A stretch of 63,818 bases of DNA, filler included, from Neolecta irregularis DAH-3 (GCA_001929475.1; 6 parts of 6 records of this genome joined end to end with filler, not necessarily neighbours in it); one strand, 5' to 3'. Shown: positions 13,694 through 27,130, numbered from the whole stretch's first letter. Notes: generated by a model from the letters alone, not told the origin. A program made the numbers and translations.

Positions 13694-14110
13694 GCACATG
13701 TCAATGAGGGACCTTCCTTTATTTAAATGTTTCTACATCAAGCCATGATATTGCTGCTGGTTGAAGGAGTTGGATCCTTCCCTAGCCAGTAGTACAATTG
13801 TTTCAACATAGTTTGAAACCCTCCTATATGTCCTAGCCTGTTTTTTCAACTTTGAACTTGAGTCATTTACTGAGTATACCTCTGGTTTCTACATGTTCTG
13901 ATACTCGGATCATTTTTATATAATAATGGGCTACTACATATCTTCGCAGAGCTTGCATCCTCGTATAGTTGTTTGTTTTCCAGTATTCTTACGATTGACA
14001 TCAAAGAATCAAAGAATCAATGAAATTGCAGAAGTATCCTGTGATACGAGAATCCTCGAATTGGCTCTTGACTATCTATTCGTCACTATTGCCACTTGGG
14101 AGATTGCTGA

Positions 14111-15017
14111 TCACCTGCGAACAACAGGACCTCCTCCTTCAGCCCTCAGCATCTCTATATCGAACTTTGTTCCACAAGTCAAACAATTCGCCATAGCTCG
14201 ACAAAAGACTTTATTGTAAGACGGAGAATGATACGGAGGGCATACTACTCAAGCATACTCCACAAACAAACCCTACATCGACAACTTTCTGATGGCAGAA
14301 ACATGCTGCCCGAAAATCAACATTTGGTTGAACAGGTGGTATCAAATGTTCTCGTAAAGATGGCGATGGCAGATGTATTTGCTAGTATTCGTTATGAAAC
14401 TGAAAAGAGTGTCATGGCCATACGATGAGATTTTGCAACAGCATACCCGGAGCTTTCAGGAGTGTGTATATACCACCCGTAGCATCTGCGGCTTGTTGCA
14501 AAAAAGTCATTTGGGCTGGTGGCGACATGTTCACAACATCAATAGGGATTCTCTAAAATTAACATTCAACGTGGTCCACTGGGCATACCTTCTTTTGAGC
14601 AGTAAATATTGCATTCATTACTCCGATATATTTTGTTCCAACATCTTCAGTAGCGCAAATCACCAGGATTTTACTTTCACCTCCCAGTTTGTTTGAATAC
14701 GCCAATGATAGACTCAGTGCCGCACTTAACCGGCAGCTCAGATCCTCCTTTTCGAGCTCGTCTTTGAGTGCTTCTAGAAGACTTTCCCGGGCAATTGCAA
14801 AAGGCGGATAGACACTAGAGCTGGGAGGAACTTCGCGAGCAGGCGGATACAGAAAATTTCCGGTTGAGGAAAATACCGATATTTGGGAATCCTTGTGCTG
14901 GGATAGATGCGCGTTCAAGAATATTTGCAGAGAAGATATAAGGGAATGAAAGGGCAGGATTTGGGATATCTGGGGGGAAACGTCCAGAATCAAGGAGAGA
15001 TGGGATGGCGTGGTCAT
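14111..15017 (-). CDS. TFB4: TFIIH subunit Tfb4/p34
   Basis: vWA-like N-terminus (SLILDVSP, FLNAHL), YIGVMNAIFTAQK, FLQQAADATGG, VDFRAACFCHQKVVDVGFVCGVCLS..FC...CLTCGT zinc finger. Confidence 0.92.
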
Positions 15018-15385
15018 TAATGTTCAAATCCTGTCACGTTAATCACTTCAGCACTTCTTAATTAGCAGGAAATATCTTTCAGAAACAAAAACAATCAGCA
15101 ACCTCTAAGCATGCTCTTCGACCATGTGCAATGGACTCGGGTGCAGAGATGGCACTAGAGTCGATATGACGAGATATATGCTCATAGTCACCACACTCAT
15201 TTAAACTATGAAGGGAGAACAATCGAATAATATTTAAAGGTTTCATAATACTTAACGCGAATTATCGAAGAAAATATGTTGATTGCCATTGCACTAGCTG
15301 CTCCCACCTTGCTTCCCATGTGACTACAAGGGATATTTGGAAACACAAAGAATGCATGGTCATATTACAGCCTTGGCTGATCATA

Positions 15386-16000
15386 TTACCCAGATCTAGA
15401 GAGTGAGCACTCCAAGGTTTCATAAAATGAACGTACTTGAACAAAAGGAAGGCGATTTGTTCTAGATAAAAGTAAATGAAGTGCTTGGTTTCTATCTGGT
15501 CAATAATGTTGTCCAAAGGCGGATTTATAAGAGGTGAAGTATACAACAGACGAAGATATCACGTACCATGTGTCACATAACTTCCAAAATTCTTTCCAAC
15601 AATGCAGTGCCAAGTCGTCCCGTATAATTTGTCAAACTACAGGTAAATTAATATAGTCGGCGTTTCTAGATTGAGATGGACTTACCTCCTTCTTCACATA
15701 AGCAGCAATATCCTAATAGATTGTGAGCACACGCTTGAGAGTTTTGCATATACCTTTTCAATTTGATATTGCGCCATCCCTTGAACAGCTGGTTCTTGTT
15801 AGGACTCCATATGATCACCATATTTTACGCACCAATTTCGATTGCCTCGGTTTGCATTTCCTCGGACTGAGAGATGTCAGTTGACCATTTGTTGTCCGTG
15901 TCTGTTTACCATATCAACTGCCTTGATTACAGCTTCCCGATTAGATTCTTTCAGGACGTTGGACCAAACCTTTGCTCGTGTCTATTTGATTATGGCTCAT
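15386..16000 (-). CDS. DYN2: Dynein light chain LC8 (Dyn2/Dlc2), 8 exons
   Basis: Spliced: MSHNQIDTSK|AVIKAVDM|SEEMQTEAIEI|AVQGMAQYQIEK|DIAAYVKKE|FDKLYGTTWHCIVGKNFGSYVTH|ETKHFIYFYLEQIAFLLFK|SG*. Confidence 0.95.
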
Positions 16001-16781
16001 AACTCGTGTAAGTCTGTCGATGGGAGTAGCTGAGGTGTCAAGGAAATAGTAGAAGCCACTAAATATGCTCTGGCCCCAAATTACCCCCATCTCATAATCT
16101 CATCCCGTCCCCTCCAATACCCCTTGATATAATAATAGAGATCCTCTCTTAAACATTATCCATGAAGCATTATTTCTCGCTATATCCAAACCTAACCTGG
16201 GATTTCTTTCCTATAATCATTGAGCAAATTCCACGTGATTTTGCGATGGCGATCTCTAAAATCCATGGCCAAAACTAGAGGACAAAGATTTGATGGTCGG
16301 GAACCTGATGGAACATCAAGAGACTTGCAAGATAATTTTTTTTAGTTCTATGGGTTGCCTCGAGATATCATCACGTTATCACAACAGATTGACTATTATT
16401 TATGCATAGACAGAATACTGACTTGTCCGACCAAAAATAGGAACATCTAGAGACGTGATTCTTGTCGTTAAGACGCATTAACTCTCTTGTGAGATCACGA
16501 AGAGTAGAACATCCTTCACATCGATGGCATGGCAATCCAATCGACCATTATTTACTATTTGTGACAAATAGAGATCACACTTTTTTACATTATTCTTATA
16601 TAATTCTAGCACATCTATAACGATTTTACTGTACTGGTAATTTGAACAAATCTCCAGGTTGCTATGGGTCTGTATTATCTGGATGCTCAAAGTTCGATGG
16701 CGTTGAATCAGATACTGGCCCAAATAAAATATTTCCCCATAACTCATCTTCCTCTCAAAAAGTCCAAAGCAGAACATCAAC

Positions 16782-19505
16782 ATGTACGCTCGCTCCACCA
16801 GTAGAGCTACCTGACTTTTAGGTCCACCCGGATTATTGTCAAAAACCTGCCCCCGCATTTGACCGACACCCGATTTCGCGAACACTTTGAAGCAAAGTAT
16901 CCAGTAACAGACTCAAAATTGATGCGAACCGCGTCAGGAAAGTCCCGCCGCTTCGGCTTCCTTGGATTTCAAAGCGTCGAGGATGCAGAAAGTGCCGTAA
17001 AATACTTTAATCGGACCTTTATCGACATGTCACGCATGGAAGTCGACTCTGCGAAACCCGTAAGAACAAGTTGTCAAATTCCGGACTCACTACTCTAGAT
17101 AGGAGATGAAAGTATTCCTCGGGCCTGGAGCAGATACACTCCTGGATCAACTGCTTTTCAACGACAAACCGAAACTCACGAATCGGAACCAACTGTGAAA
17201 AAGCGGAAAATCAAAGAAATTCGAAGAATCAAAGATTTTCGAGATCCTAAGTTCTTGGAATTTCTAGAAGTCATGAAACCGCAGAGTCAGAAGAAAACTT
17301 GGGCGAATGAAGATTTGAATGTGTTGCAGAAAGAAATTGTCCAACCGACTACACCAAGCCAAGACGATGATTGTCAGACTATACCAAAAGAAAAAAAGAA
17401 GAAACGCACAAAAATGAAGGCCGAGGAAATTTCGGAGAAAGAGATCCGAAATGCGGATCCAAGTGACCAGAAACAGTCTTTTCCAGTTGAAGAAATTACG
17501 AACGATACAACGGTCGAAGATTTAAATCACGTCGATGCAAATATGTCTGACGCTGAATGGCTACGGTCGAGGACCACGAGGACTTTAGATATTGATGATA
17601 AAAACCCCCAGATTCAACAATATCAATCGGATGAAGAACACGAGAAACATTTTGAGAAAGAGGAATTGGAATCAGAGGTTGATGAAGCAGAAAACGAAAT
17701 CAAAGGACCGGAACCTCCGTCTTTTGAAGATGACATCCTCAAACATGGCCGTTTATTCGTTCGAAACTTATCTTACACCACTACAGAAGAAGATCTCCAA
17801 TGCGAATTTGAGAAGTTTGGGATTGTCGAAGAGGTATTTCTTTTGGTCATTTCGCGCCATTCATAGGCGTACGAGACAAATCGCAGTTTTATTCTTTCAA
17901 GAGTGTGTTCTGTTTTGAGAATTAGATAATGGAACTTCTGGCACCTTTTCCCCTGTTTGTTATTATATGGTATGCTAACTACCAGGTTCACATGCCAATT
18001 GATTCTGCGACTTTAAACCCTAAAGGTTTGGCATACGTTTTATTTGCGAAGCCGGCAGATGCTTTGAAAGCCTTTCAAATCCTCGATAAACAAACTTTTC
18101 AGGGACGGTTGTTACACATCTTACCATCCTACCCCAAGAAATCAAATGAAGTCGATGAATTCTCAATACGAAAACTACCGTTGAAGAAGCAAAAAGAAGT
18201 TCGCCGAAAACTAGAAACTGGGAAGGAGATTTGGAATTGGAATAACATGTATATGAATGTATGTTCTCCGATGATCGAAGAGGCTGAAAAATAGGCAGAT
18301 GCGGTGTTAGATTCCACAGCAACACGTTTTGGTATAAAGAAGAGTGAGCTTATTGATGTTACCGACTCAGGAGCGGCAGTTACGCAAGCGTTAGCAGAAA
18401 CAAGTATCGTCAATGAAACAAAAGACTATTTCACGTCAATCGGAATCAGCTTGAATTCATTCTCGCATGCAAAGAAATCGGAGACTATTCTATGTGTGAA
18501 GAACTTTCCATATGGAACAACTGTCGAGGAACTGGCATCACTGTTTGGAGCATTTGGCGAGCTGGGAAGAGTAGTCCTTCCTCCCGCTGGAATAATTGCC
18601 CTTATTGAGTTTATGAAGAAAGAAGATTGTCGTCGTGCGTTAAAAAAACTTGGGTATGAGACTTATAAAAGTTCCATACTGTACCTGGAGCGAGCACCCA
18701 GAGCGGTATTTACTGATTTCCCGCCTACTCAGATGATCTTTTTTAACGGTCTTGGTAAGTCCAAAAACCCAGAGATGAAGGATATGGAAGAAACTGTCCA
18801 GGAAAATCCTATTTCCACATTATTTATCAAGAATCTCAATTTCCATACGTCAAACGAAACGCTCACTCGCTTATTTTCTGGTTGTGATGGGCTTGTATCG
18901 GCAAGGATCAACGTCAAACCTGACCCAAAAAATATTCGCAAAACGCTAAGCATGGGGTTCGGATTTGTCGAATTTCAAACAAAAGAACAAGCTGTGAAAG
19001 CTATGATTGAGAAGCAACGGATCGCTGTTGATGGGCATGCTTTGCAATTAAGCATGTCAAAGAAGGAGGAAGGCAAAAAGACTGTTGAAGGAAAAGGAAC
19101 AAAAGTTGTTGTTAAGAATTTACCATTCGAAGCGAACAAAAAGGATCTTCGAGCTCTTCTTAGGTATAGTATGACGCGGATTGTGACTAACAGCTGAGTG
19201 CCCAAGGTCAACTTCGGTCTCTCCGACTTCCCAAAAAGTTTGACAATTCAACTAGAGGGTTTGCTTTTGCAGAGTTTGTCACAGAGCGAGAAGCCAAGAA
19301 TGCTATTGATTCACTTCGAGACACACACTATCTCGGAAGACATCTCATCTTTGAATGGGCTGAGAAAGAAGCTACTGGAGATGAACTTGTTCAACGGGGA
19401 GTTGGCAAAACGAAGGGACAAGTAGAGAGGGAGGACCGATGGCTGGGGGTCCGCAGGAAGAGGAAGATAGACATCGATGAAAATGGGGTTGGTAACGACG
19501 GGTAG
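16782..19505 (+). CDS. MRD1: Multiple RNA-binding domain protein Mrd1 (RBM19), pre-rRNA processing
   Basis: Five RRMs: STRIIVKNLP...SRRFGFLGF, GRLFVRNLSY...FQGRLLHILP, ILCVKNFPY, TLFIKNLNF...SMGFGFVEF, KVVVKNLPF...TRGFAFAEF; WNNMYMNADAV linker motif. Confidence 0.93.
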
Positions 19506-20192
19506 TCTGGTGAGACGGTTTTGTTGGATGTGACTAGAAAGTGGGCTAGAGGACAATCCATATTTGCGCTAGGCTATAGAGGTTTTCGCTGGGCTGATGT
19601 ATATATTCACCCTGAAGGTTTGCTTCACAAGCCCTTCGTTGTAGGTGGTCCACGATCATAGTTAACCACGGTAATAGGCGTTTAGTGACAGGTAGAATTG
19701 TCACGGACTTGGCTTGATTTCTTTCTCCCTAGTAAATCCCAACAACCGCCCTCTGAAACATTCGCTTCCTGGCGCTTGCGGGCAGCCAATGCCATTTCAC
19801 GCGCAAATCGGATATTCTACTTGGGTTGAAACAGAATTGAAAGCAAGCCGAAAACTTGAAATATGCTATTTGGTTCTAGTCTGTTCCTACTTTTGTGCTC
19901 GCTTTCCAAATACCCGCCTGCGTTCACTTGCCACCTCCCATTTCCATTCTCCTCGTGATTCTACTTGCCTCTTATCTCCAATATCCGGGTGGCAAAAGCA
20001 GCAGCCGAGTGGCGGCGGCAAAACAGCCGAATGCGGCATGAAAGACAGAAGCGGTCTTAATTTTTGCGCGCCATGCCCTCCTTTATTTGATTAGCATCGC
20101 GACTTTGTTACGGATTGGAAAACTGTTCCGCACCGCACGCAATAAGTAGCTCCCTTTCCCTTGGTGGGATTCATCTTCTTGCCTAATATTCT

Positions 20193-23136
20193 ATGAGCCA
20201 TCCCCAGTTCATTGACATCCCCGGCCGTGCCATATCGTCCGGGAAGTTCAGACGACAGAGTATAGCCTCGGTGTCACCCCCAGATCCATATGGTTCCGCG
20301 AGTCTCTTGCGTTCAAACATACTCGCAGAAAACTACTTCTCCTCGCCACCTGTGATTCATAATCCTCAGATCTCACAAGCTCAACAATGGGACCTTACTC
20401 TCGAGAAGGCGATCAGGAGTATAGTGAGTATCAAGGCGAGCACACTCCGTGCTTTCGATACAGAGAGCGCTGGAAACTACACGGCTACTGGATTCATTGT
20501 CGATAAGCAGCGCGGCATTATCCTCAGCAATCGTCATGTCGTAAGCCCAGCTCCCATTTCTGCTGCAGCCGTCTTTTGCAACTATGAGGAAATTCCTCTA
20601 GTCCCACTATATCGTGATCCAGTCCATGATTTCGGGTTCTTCAAATATGATCCAGCCAAGGTATAACCTTGGATTTGAGCTAGCCTAATGGTAGGTTCGA
20701 TTCCTTGAATACGATGACATTGAACTGTGTCCCGATCTTGCCAAGGTCGGACTGGACATCAAAGTGGTAGGGAATGACGCCGGCGAGAAGCTGTCTATCC
20801 TTGGATCAACGCTTGCTCGATTGGATAGGGATTCTCCAAACTATGGATCTGGCTCATACAACGACTTCAATACCTTCTACTATCAAGCTGCGAGCGGAAC
20901 ATCGGGCGGTTCTTCAGGGAGCCCGGTCCTTAATATTCACGGGCAGGCAGTTGCACTAAATGCTGGAGGCAGCAATAAGTCTGCCAGCTCGTTCTACCTT
21001 CCCCTCAATCGGGTCATACGAGCTTTACGATGTTTGCAACAAGGATTGCCAATCACCCGCGGCACTTTGCAGACAGAGTTTCGCCATTCATCTTATGACG
21101 AACTCCGCCGTCTCGGATTACGAACTCCGATCGAAGCTGAATGCCGTAGAAAGAACCCCTCTGCGACCGGTCGGCTTACAGTCGATCGAGTTCTTTTGCA
21201 AGGTCCTGGGGATGGAGTTCTTGAGCCAGGCGATATTCTGATGTCTTGCGCGATAGGCGGAGATAACAAAGATATCACTCAGTTCTACACACTTTGGGAA
21301 ATTATCGATGATAATATCGGGAAAGAAATCACCTTCAACCTTTGCCGTGGGCAAAAATCACTTGACGTTAAAGTAATGATCCAGGATCTTCATTCCATTA
21401 CTCCGTCGCGGTTCGCTGAAATCGGAGGTGCAATTATTCATGATCTGAGTTATCAAAAGGCTCGACCATATGATCTCCCAGTTTCCGGTTCTGGGGCATT
21501 CATCGCAACATCCGGAATGTTTAATTGGAGTTCAACAACCCGGGATTTCCTGATCACTTCGATCAACGGTCATGCGACTCCCAATCTTGATAAATTCATC
21601 GAAGCAGTCAAACTAATTCCCGACGGCAAGCGAATCCCTCTGCGATATCGAGACATGGATAGGCAGGAAGAGGAATTCAGTCTTCTTGAAATAGACTGGC
21701 ACTTCCATTCCCCTTTCATCTTTACTCGCAACGATAACACTGGTGTATGGGATGTCGAAAAAATCCTACGAAACCTTGGTCCTCTCCATCCTGTTCGTGA
21801 TATTGTGTCGTCAGGAAACGCTCTGGAGAAGATTCAGTCCACGATGGTTAGCATTTCTTGTCGGCTACCATATAGTATACACGGTTATACCTCGAGTAGT
21901 CCATATAGCGGAGTCGGATTTGTTATTTCGAACAATCCGCCGCTGGTTATCTGCGACCGAGTATGCGTTCCTTCCGAGGTCGTCGATCTCAGAATAACAA
22001 TTTGTAATCGCACTGTCAAAGCTCAAGTTGTCCATCTCTGCACCGTTGCCATTCTGACGTTTGACGGAGAGTGCAATTTGGACATACCTGCCATTGATGA
22101 GGATCCAGTTTCAGTGCACGACTCGGTCATTCTGTTCACGCTCGATCATGACCAACAGCTTATAAAGAAGGAGAGCAAAGTCTCCAGTATCAGCTTGATT
22201 GAAACTCGACGGTGTTATCCACCCCGTTTCCGAGTAGTCAACACGGAAGGTATAATGTTGACAGACTCCTCAAACAACGGTGGTATTATCGTCAGACAAG
22301 TGGACGAAGAATACCGCGTGGTTGCCCTTTGGGGAAATGTCTCTTCACAAGGAAATGACAAAGCTATTACTTGGAAGACTGGAATTTCATTTTCGACTTA
22401 CATCAATCCTGTCTTGGAAATGCTCCGAAAGAAGGTTACTCCTGTTAGCAAGGACGTAGGCGTAGAGTTTTCAAGCATGCAACTCGCCACTGCAGTAGGT
22501 CTTGGATTAACGAACGAACGGACGGATCAACTAGTCGCCGCTGCAAAAGTGCATAACGGAAACCCCCGAGCATTTTATGTTTCCTCTCGCCTTCGTCCTA
22601 GTATGCCAACAGAACTTCAAGTCGGAGATGTAGTTTTTCAAATTAATGGAAAACTCGTTTCTCGAGCTTCTGATTTTGCTGTCATAAACACAAATGAAGT
22701 TGTTGATATTGGCATCCTTCGAAACGGAATTGAGCAAATACTTGCAATTTCCACGATTGTTTCACCCCCTTCGCATGCCAAAAAGATTGTGTCCTGGGCT
22801 GGAGCTCTCCTTCATGAGACTCATGCTGCTGCGTTGGAGCAAGTCTCTTCATCAGCCGTGCCAGCGGCGGGGGTGTACGTTTGCTGTTGTCACTATGGAT
22901 CCCCGTCGATCGACCAGTTTCGACCGGCTCACTGGATCATTCAAGTTGACGACGAGAAGGTCTCCTTCCTTGACGAATTGGAGCAAATTATTTCGGGGAA
23001 GACCGGCGAAGTCATGGTTAAACTCATTAATCGAAAAGGCATTACATGTGTTGTTAGTATCAAGATCGATAACCTCTTTTGGCCTTCCTGGAAATTGGAA
23101 CGCAAAGGGAGTGTTTGGCAACAATCTCTTTTATGA
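20193..23136 (+). CDS. NMA111: HtrA-like nuclear serine protease Nma111/Ynm3, 2 exons
   Basis: ATGFIVD...[41 protein letters not shown] (catalytic Ser), PDZ-like repeats; intron 20661-20694. Confidence 0.92.
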
Positions 23137-23386
23137 AATAGATGTCATTTAGTGCCATGGTTGTCTTTTGAGGTTTCCATAGTAGTTGTATTTTTTGGAT
23201 AATGTTTAGTGCTAAGGCTGTGTTTGTAAACCATATTTTTTAAATATCATGATATTATGTAATTAAGATTTTTGGAACTAATATTTGGATATTTGGATGA
23301 AAATGGTGGCTGTTGAGCACACACTGAGTGGTTCAGTATTCTTTTCTTGAGATATTTGTCATATTATCTCAAGAAAACGTTGGAAT

Positions 23387-24259
23387 TTAACTTGGTAGCC
23401 ATATCAGTTGCCTATCTTGACTTGGCGAGGTCCTTCTGAGGTCGGGCATTGTTCCAGTACCGATTACGAGATTGAGACTATCATTTTGATCATCATCTGG
23501 TTTCTTGATCTTGACTTGATTAATTGCAGGTCTTTCTTCAATGACAATAATTTCCTCTTGCGAAACTTCGTTAAGGATATTCGAACTGTCGACATCTTGC
23601 TTCAGAGATTGGGAGCTTGATAGCCCCAGAGCCTTCCCTGAAGGTATTTCCTCTCTCGGATACGAGAGGCTTGCAGAGTTTTGATCAGTGTACTCAGCGT
23701 TCAGAACGATACGCGTTACCTCCACGGTTTGAATTTCGTTGACGCGAGGATCCAAAACCAGAGCATGATTTCTTTCCTTCCTGCCATGCCAACAACGACT
23801 TTGCAACTTTTTGAATGTGGAAACTACTTTAAAATAGGTATTCTTTATGTCGTTCACAGTATAACTGTTGTACTGATGCCGAACCGAATATGGAATGCAT
23901 TGAACAATGTCTTTTTTTTCATCAACTTTGCAGATCGCGTTGAATTCTCGACAATTCAGTGCTGAAAGACTTAGATCTCATGCTAAGGAGAGCATACCAG
24001 ATGGATCGACACTCAATTTATTCTCTAATTTATTCTCTTTGGTCTTCATGTATGTCACTTTTAGTCTTGCTGAAGCGACACAATCGACGCTAAGAATTTG
24101 CAAGTCTGGATATTTTGCGCTTCGAAAGCGGGTCATCCACCAGTCTTTCCATCCTTCTACAGGCCAAGGTTTGTCATAATCGAACTGACCGTTGAATGGA
24201 TCATTGGCGAGGGCAGTAGTATAGACCACCAGATAAACAAGCGGGTGAAGAAATCTCAT
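23387..24259 (-). CDS. Secreted protein with a 4-Cys domain and a longer C-terminal tail
   Basis: Signal-like MRFLHPLVYLVVYTTALA; intron 23962-23997 joins to LNCREFNAICKVDEKKDIVQCIP; further introns possible. Confidence 0.65.
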
Positions 24260-24406
24260 TTCTATGATGAGAAGAGAAAAAAGTGGGCAGACAGTTGGTG
24301 TAAATATTTTAATAACATGTCTTACACAATCGAGAAGGAATTATCTCACCAGTCAAGTCCGTCATATAAAATATGAAATTCTACCGAGATTCATATGCCT
24401 TGCCTC

Positions 24407-25330
24407 TCATCCTTGATCCAAATTCCTATTGTAGTTAACGTGAAAGCAATATTCAAAATCAGTCCTGCGAACTGCATACGCTCTCATTTTTGAAACAGAC
24501 ATGACTCTAACACTTACACAACTCGTGAACCCCCACCGGCTGGAAACATTCAAGTTCCCTTCAAAATGCGCTGTTGTTGGTCCTTGCATTTCTTGTTCCA
24601 GTGGAATGCCTACGCCATGGTCGTTGAAGTATGTGCAAAACAATCTCCACAGTAATTATTTTGCAGAAGCAAAAATCCCTCATACAGGGACGGCATCTGA
24701 CTTGCTCGCAAGCTAACACGGGAGAATCTTATACGAAGGGTATGGTTTGCGACAGTGTGAACATAAAGCCTGCGCGCTACACGACGTACTTGGATTTTTC
24801 CGATCCACCAACGACGTGGTTTCCGTTGCGGTCAAACAGCTATCACAGATCTTTCGAATAGGTATATCTTTCGATGATGATTGCTCGACTGCTGAGGTGT
24901 TGTTGACGACACACAATAAACCTGATTGTTCATTGATACAAAGGTGACGGTTCAACTTGATATATGTTCGCGAAGCTGAAATTTCTGCGCAGGAAGCAAT
25001 TGACGATTTGAAGCCAAAACTCCGAGTAACAGCCCCCAAATTGACTGTAATCGATTGAGACGCGCGATTTAAGCACTGTTCATTGAGCATTGCAACGATT
25101 GCATTCTCCGAGACACCGATGAGACGAGATACGATGAGACATTGCAGCTCGCTGAGAATTCTCTCAATTGCCTTCACAGTAATTCGAGTTCCAGACAGGT
25201 CATTTTCCGACTCCGTCGGATTATTTGAGACAACCAAACGACTGGTTGTCAATAACTTTGCAAATTACGTCATCTGTCAGCTTCCTCAACGTCTAAGTGC
25301 GAGAAATCGACGATTTTCAGAGTCCATATA
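24407..25330 (-). CDS. Hypothetical or degenerate gene with CxxC pairs (CDSC, CSHC, YCGDC)
   Basis: 179-codon ORF plus a downstream ORF that could be joined by a short intron; no clean model obtained. Confidence 0.3.
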
Positions 25331-25719
25331 TTGGAGATGAAGGCGTAGAAAAATCGGTTTGCAGAGGAGGTTTTGAAGAGTGTAAATGTCAAGATATTTG
25401 AGGATGCCAGGCAGGGTATTATAATTGATGACTCGATAATGCATTTTTCAATAAAAAGTTAAGGCTAGGGCACAGACGTATTTTGATGAGATGGTCCGGG
25501 AGCGGCGTTGCCAATCTCCGGACTTTTTCAGTCATGAAAAAGGACTCACCTTGATATTCGCAAAGGCAAGAGATCAAGAATATATGCGCGAGTATCAAAT
25601 TTGCATAAAAGGGTTTGAGCAAAAGGTAAGGTGGAACGACGACGTCTGGTTTTAGCTTTGCATATTGCTTTCTCCGCTAGACAGGTTTGTCGCGCAGAAT
25701 CCGTCCCAAGGGTTTAAAA

Positions 25720-26080
25720 AAGGATGGAGATAGAGCGATTGTTGGTTGTTGTTAAATGGCGGATAGGGTTCTTTGGTGTTGCCTTTGATCTTTGATATAT
25801 TTCTGTTAGGAAAGGGCGGACTATTCTATATACTTGCAGAACACAACATACTTCCTTCCAGTACATGCTGTAGGTAAAAAAAGGAAAAGCTAAGCTAAGC
25901 CCCATTTACATACGGTTTAGGGTTAGTACGCCCCATACTCCCGGTACGAAGATACTCTCAAGATAGCGAGCCGATGTTGGAAGCAGAACCGTGCCAAGAT
26001 AGATAGTATAGTGAATTGTAAACGAGATTGGTGATAATAAAATTTGCGGATGGCGAGGGGAGGAGGGAGCTTGAACGAGG
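25720..26080 (-). repeat. Possible highly diverged third copy of dispersed repeat family A
   Basis: Minus strand GAGTATCTTCGTACCGGGAGTATGGGGCGTACT resembles GAGTATCCTCGCTATCGGGAGTATACGGAGCACT of family A; TTCCTTTTTTT and AACAA..CGCTC motifs occur in the same order. Confidence 0.35.
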
Positions 26081-26379
26081 AGTCCCGAGTGTGTCGTATT
26101 AGGCAAAAATCCTTAGTTTAGCATTTCTTTACGACAGGTTGCATTATTTCAAAATAGACCAGTGTTCATCCACACACATTTGAGCTAGGCAAAGTATAAC
26201 ATTGAATCCTTCCCGAAATATTCTCGATGATCTTTTTAGGTAGTAAAAAGAAAATTTATCCCGGATTCCGCGTTTTTCGTTTATCCGAGCTAACGACAAG
26301 TTATAATGCATCCTGGTTTCTTTCATCATTTCGTACAATATACTCCAGGCGGGTAATATATAAGTTTCAAGTACACTCG

Positions 26380-27130
26380 AAGGTCTTTCAGTAGGGAGAC
26401 TAGATCTCTCAGTCCACCAAACCGTTCTCTCAGTTTGAGAGTGTTTAACCCTAAGAGAAAGCTGTAAGCGAAAGCATGTGGAGTGCTAGATTCCGGAAAA
26501 CATCTGTGTTGATGATCACGGAGGCACGAGTAGGGTTGGAAGCGCCCAAGACAAGATAACCATAGAGATCAAGTGATAACAGGGAAGTGAGAGAGCTTGA
26601 GGATAGAACTGACCTCCGTCGGGATAATAAAGAGCGCTCATTCCAAGCGAATTTCTTCTAGGATTGCCGCGCCAAACCACGCTCTTATAGCACAGTCCAT
26701 ATCACATGATGCTTACGAGAACGAACCGGTTACGGGCGCGGACATATCATACAGCCAACTCCGTCATTGATTTTTGCGATCTGAACTTTGATAAAGACTG
26801 AATATGGTCCTAAACTTTCGTCAAATTTCCCCCGGTTTTGTTCAGGCTAGCGGTCGAGGGGTAATGTCTTGCTAATTTATAAACCGGGTTGATAAGATGA
26901 AAATGGACTAGAGATGTACACCAGGGCCAATTCTGGAAACAGAAAGGGAGAAGAATTCTCTCCTACGCAATATCGCGAAACGTAGTAAAATATGACACGA
27001 AAGGCCCTTCGTGAATATATCACAATATGGTCGAAATGCGCTACGATATTCCTGTCTAGATATTCTGTGAAAGCTTTGACTACGATTGGTTATGGCTCCT
27101 GATTTTAATACTTCAAAGAACTGACACTGA
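26380..27130 (+). ncRNA. Candidate telomerase RNA gene (template TAACCCTAA); ends approximate
   Basis: No ORF of 60 aa or more; TATATAA at 26357-26363; hairpin CTCTCA-GTT-TGAGAG (26427-26441) just 5' of TAACCCTAA (26446-26454); 12-bp long-range helix 26404-26416 with 26904-26915; many further 6-8 bp stems. Confidence 0.55.

Noticed and set aside
13926-14696. Plus-strand ORFs of 66-107 aa
   Set aside because: Mostly antisense shadows of TFB4.
4003-15017. DNA-repair gene cluster (RAD50, rad1, TFB4)
   Set aside because: The genes are interspersed with unrelated ones; chance proximity in a compact genome is sufficient.
26509-26612. C/D-box snoRNA (TGATGA...CTGA)
   Set aside because: No terminal stem or recognisable rRNA guide; better explained as part of the larger structured RNA candidate.
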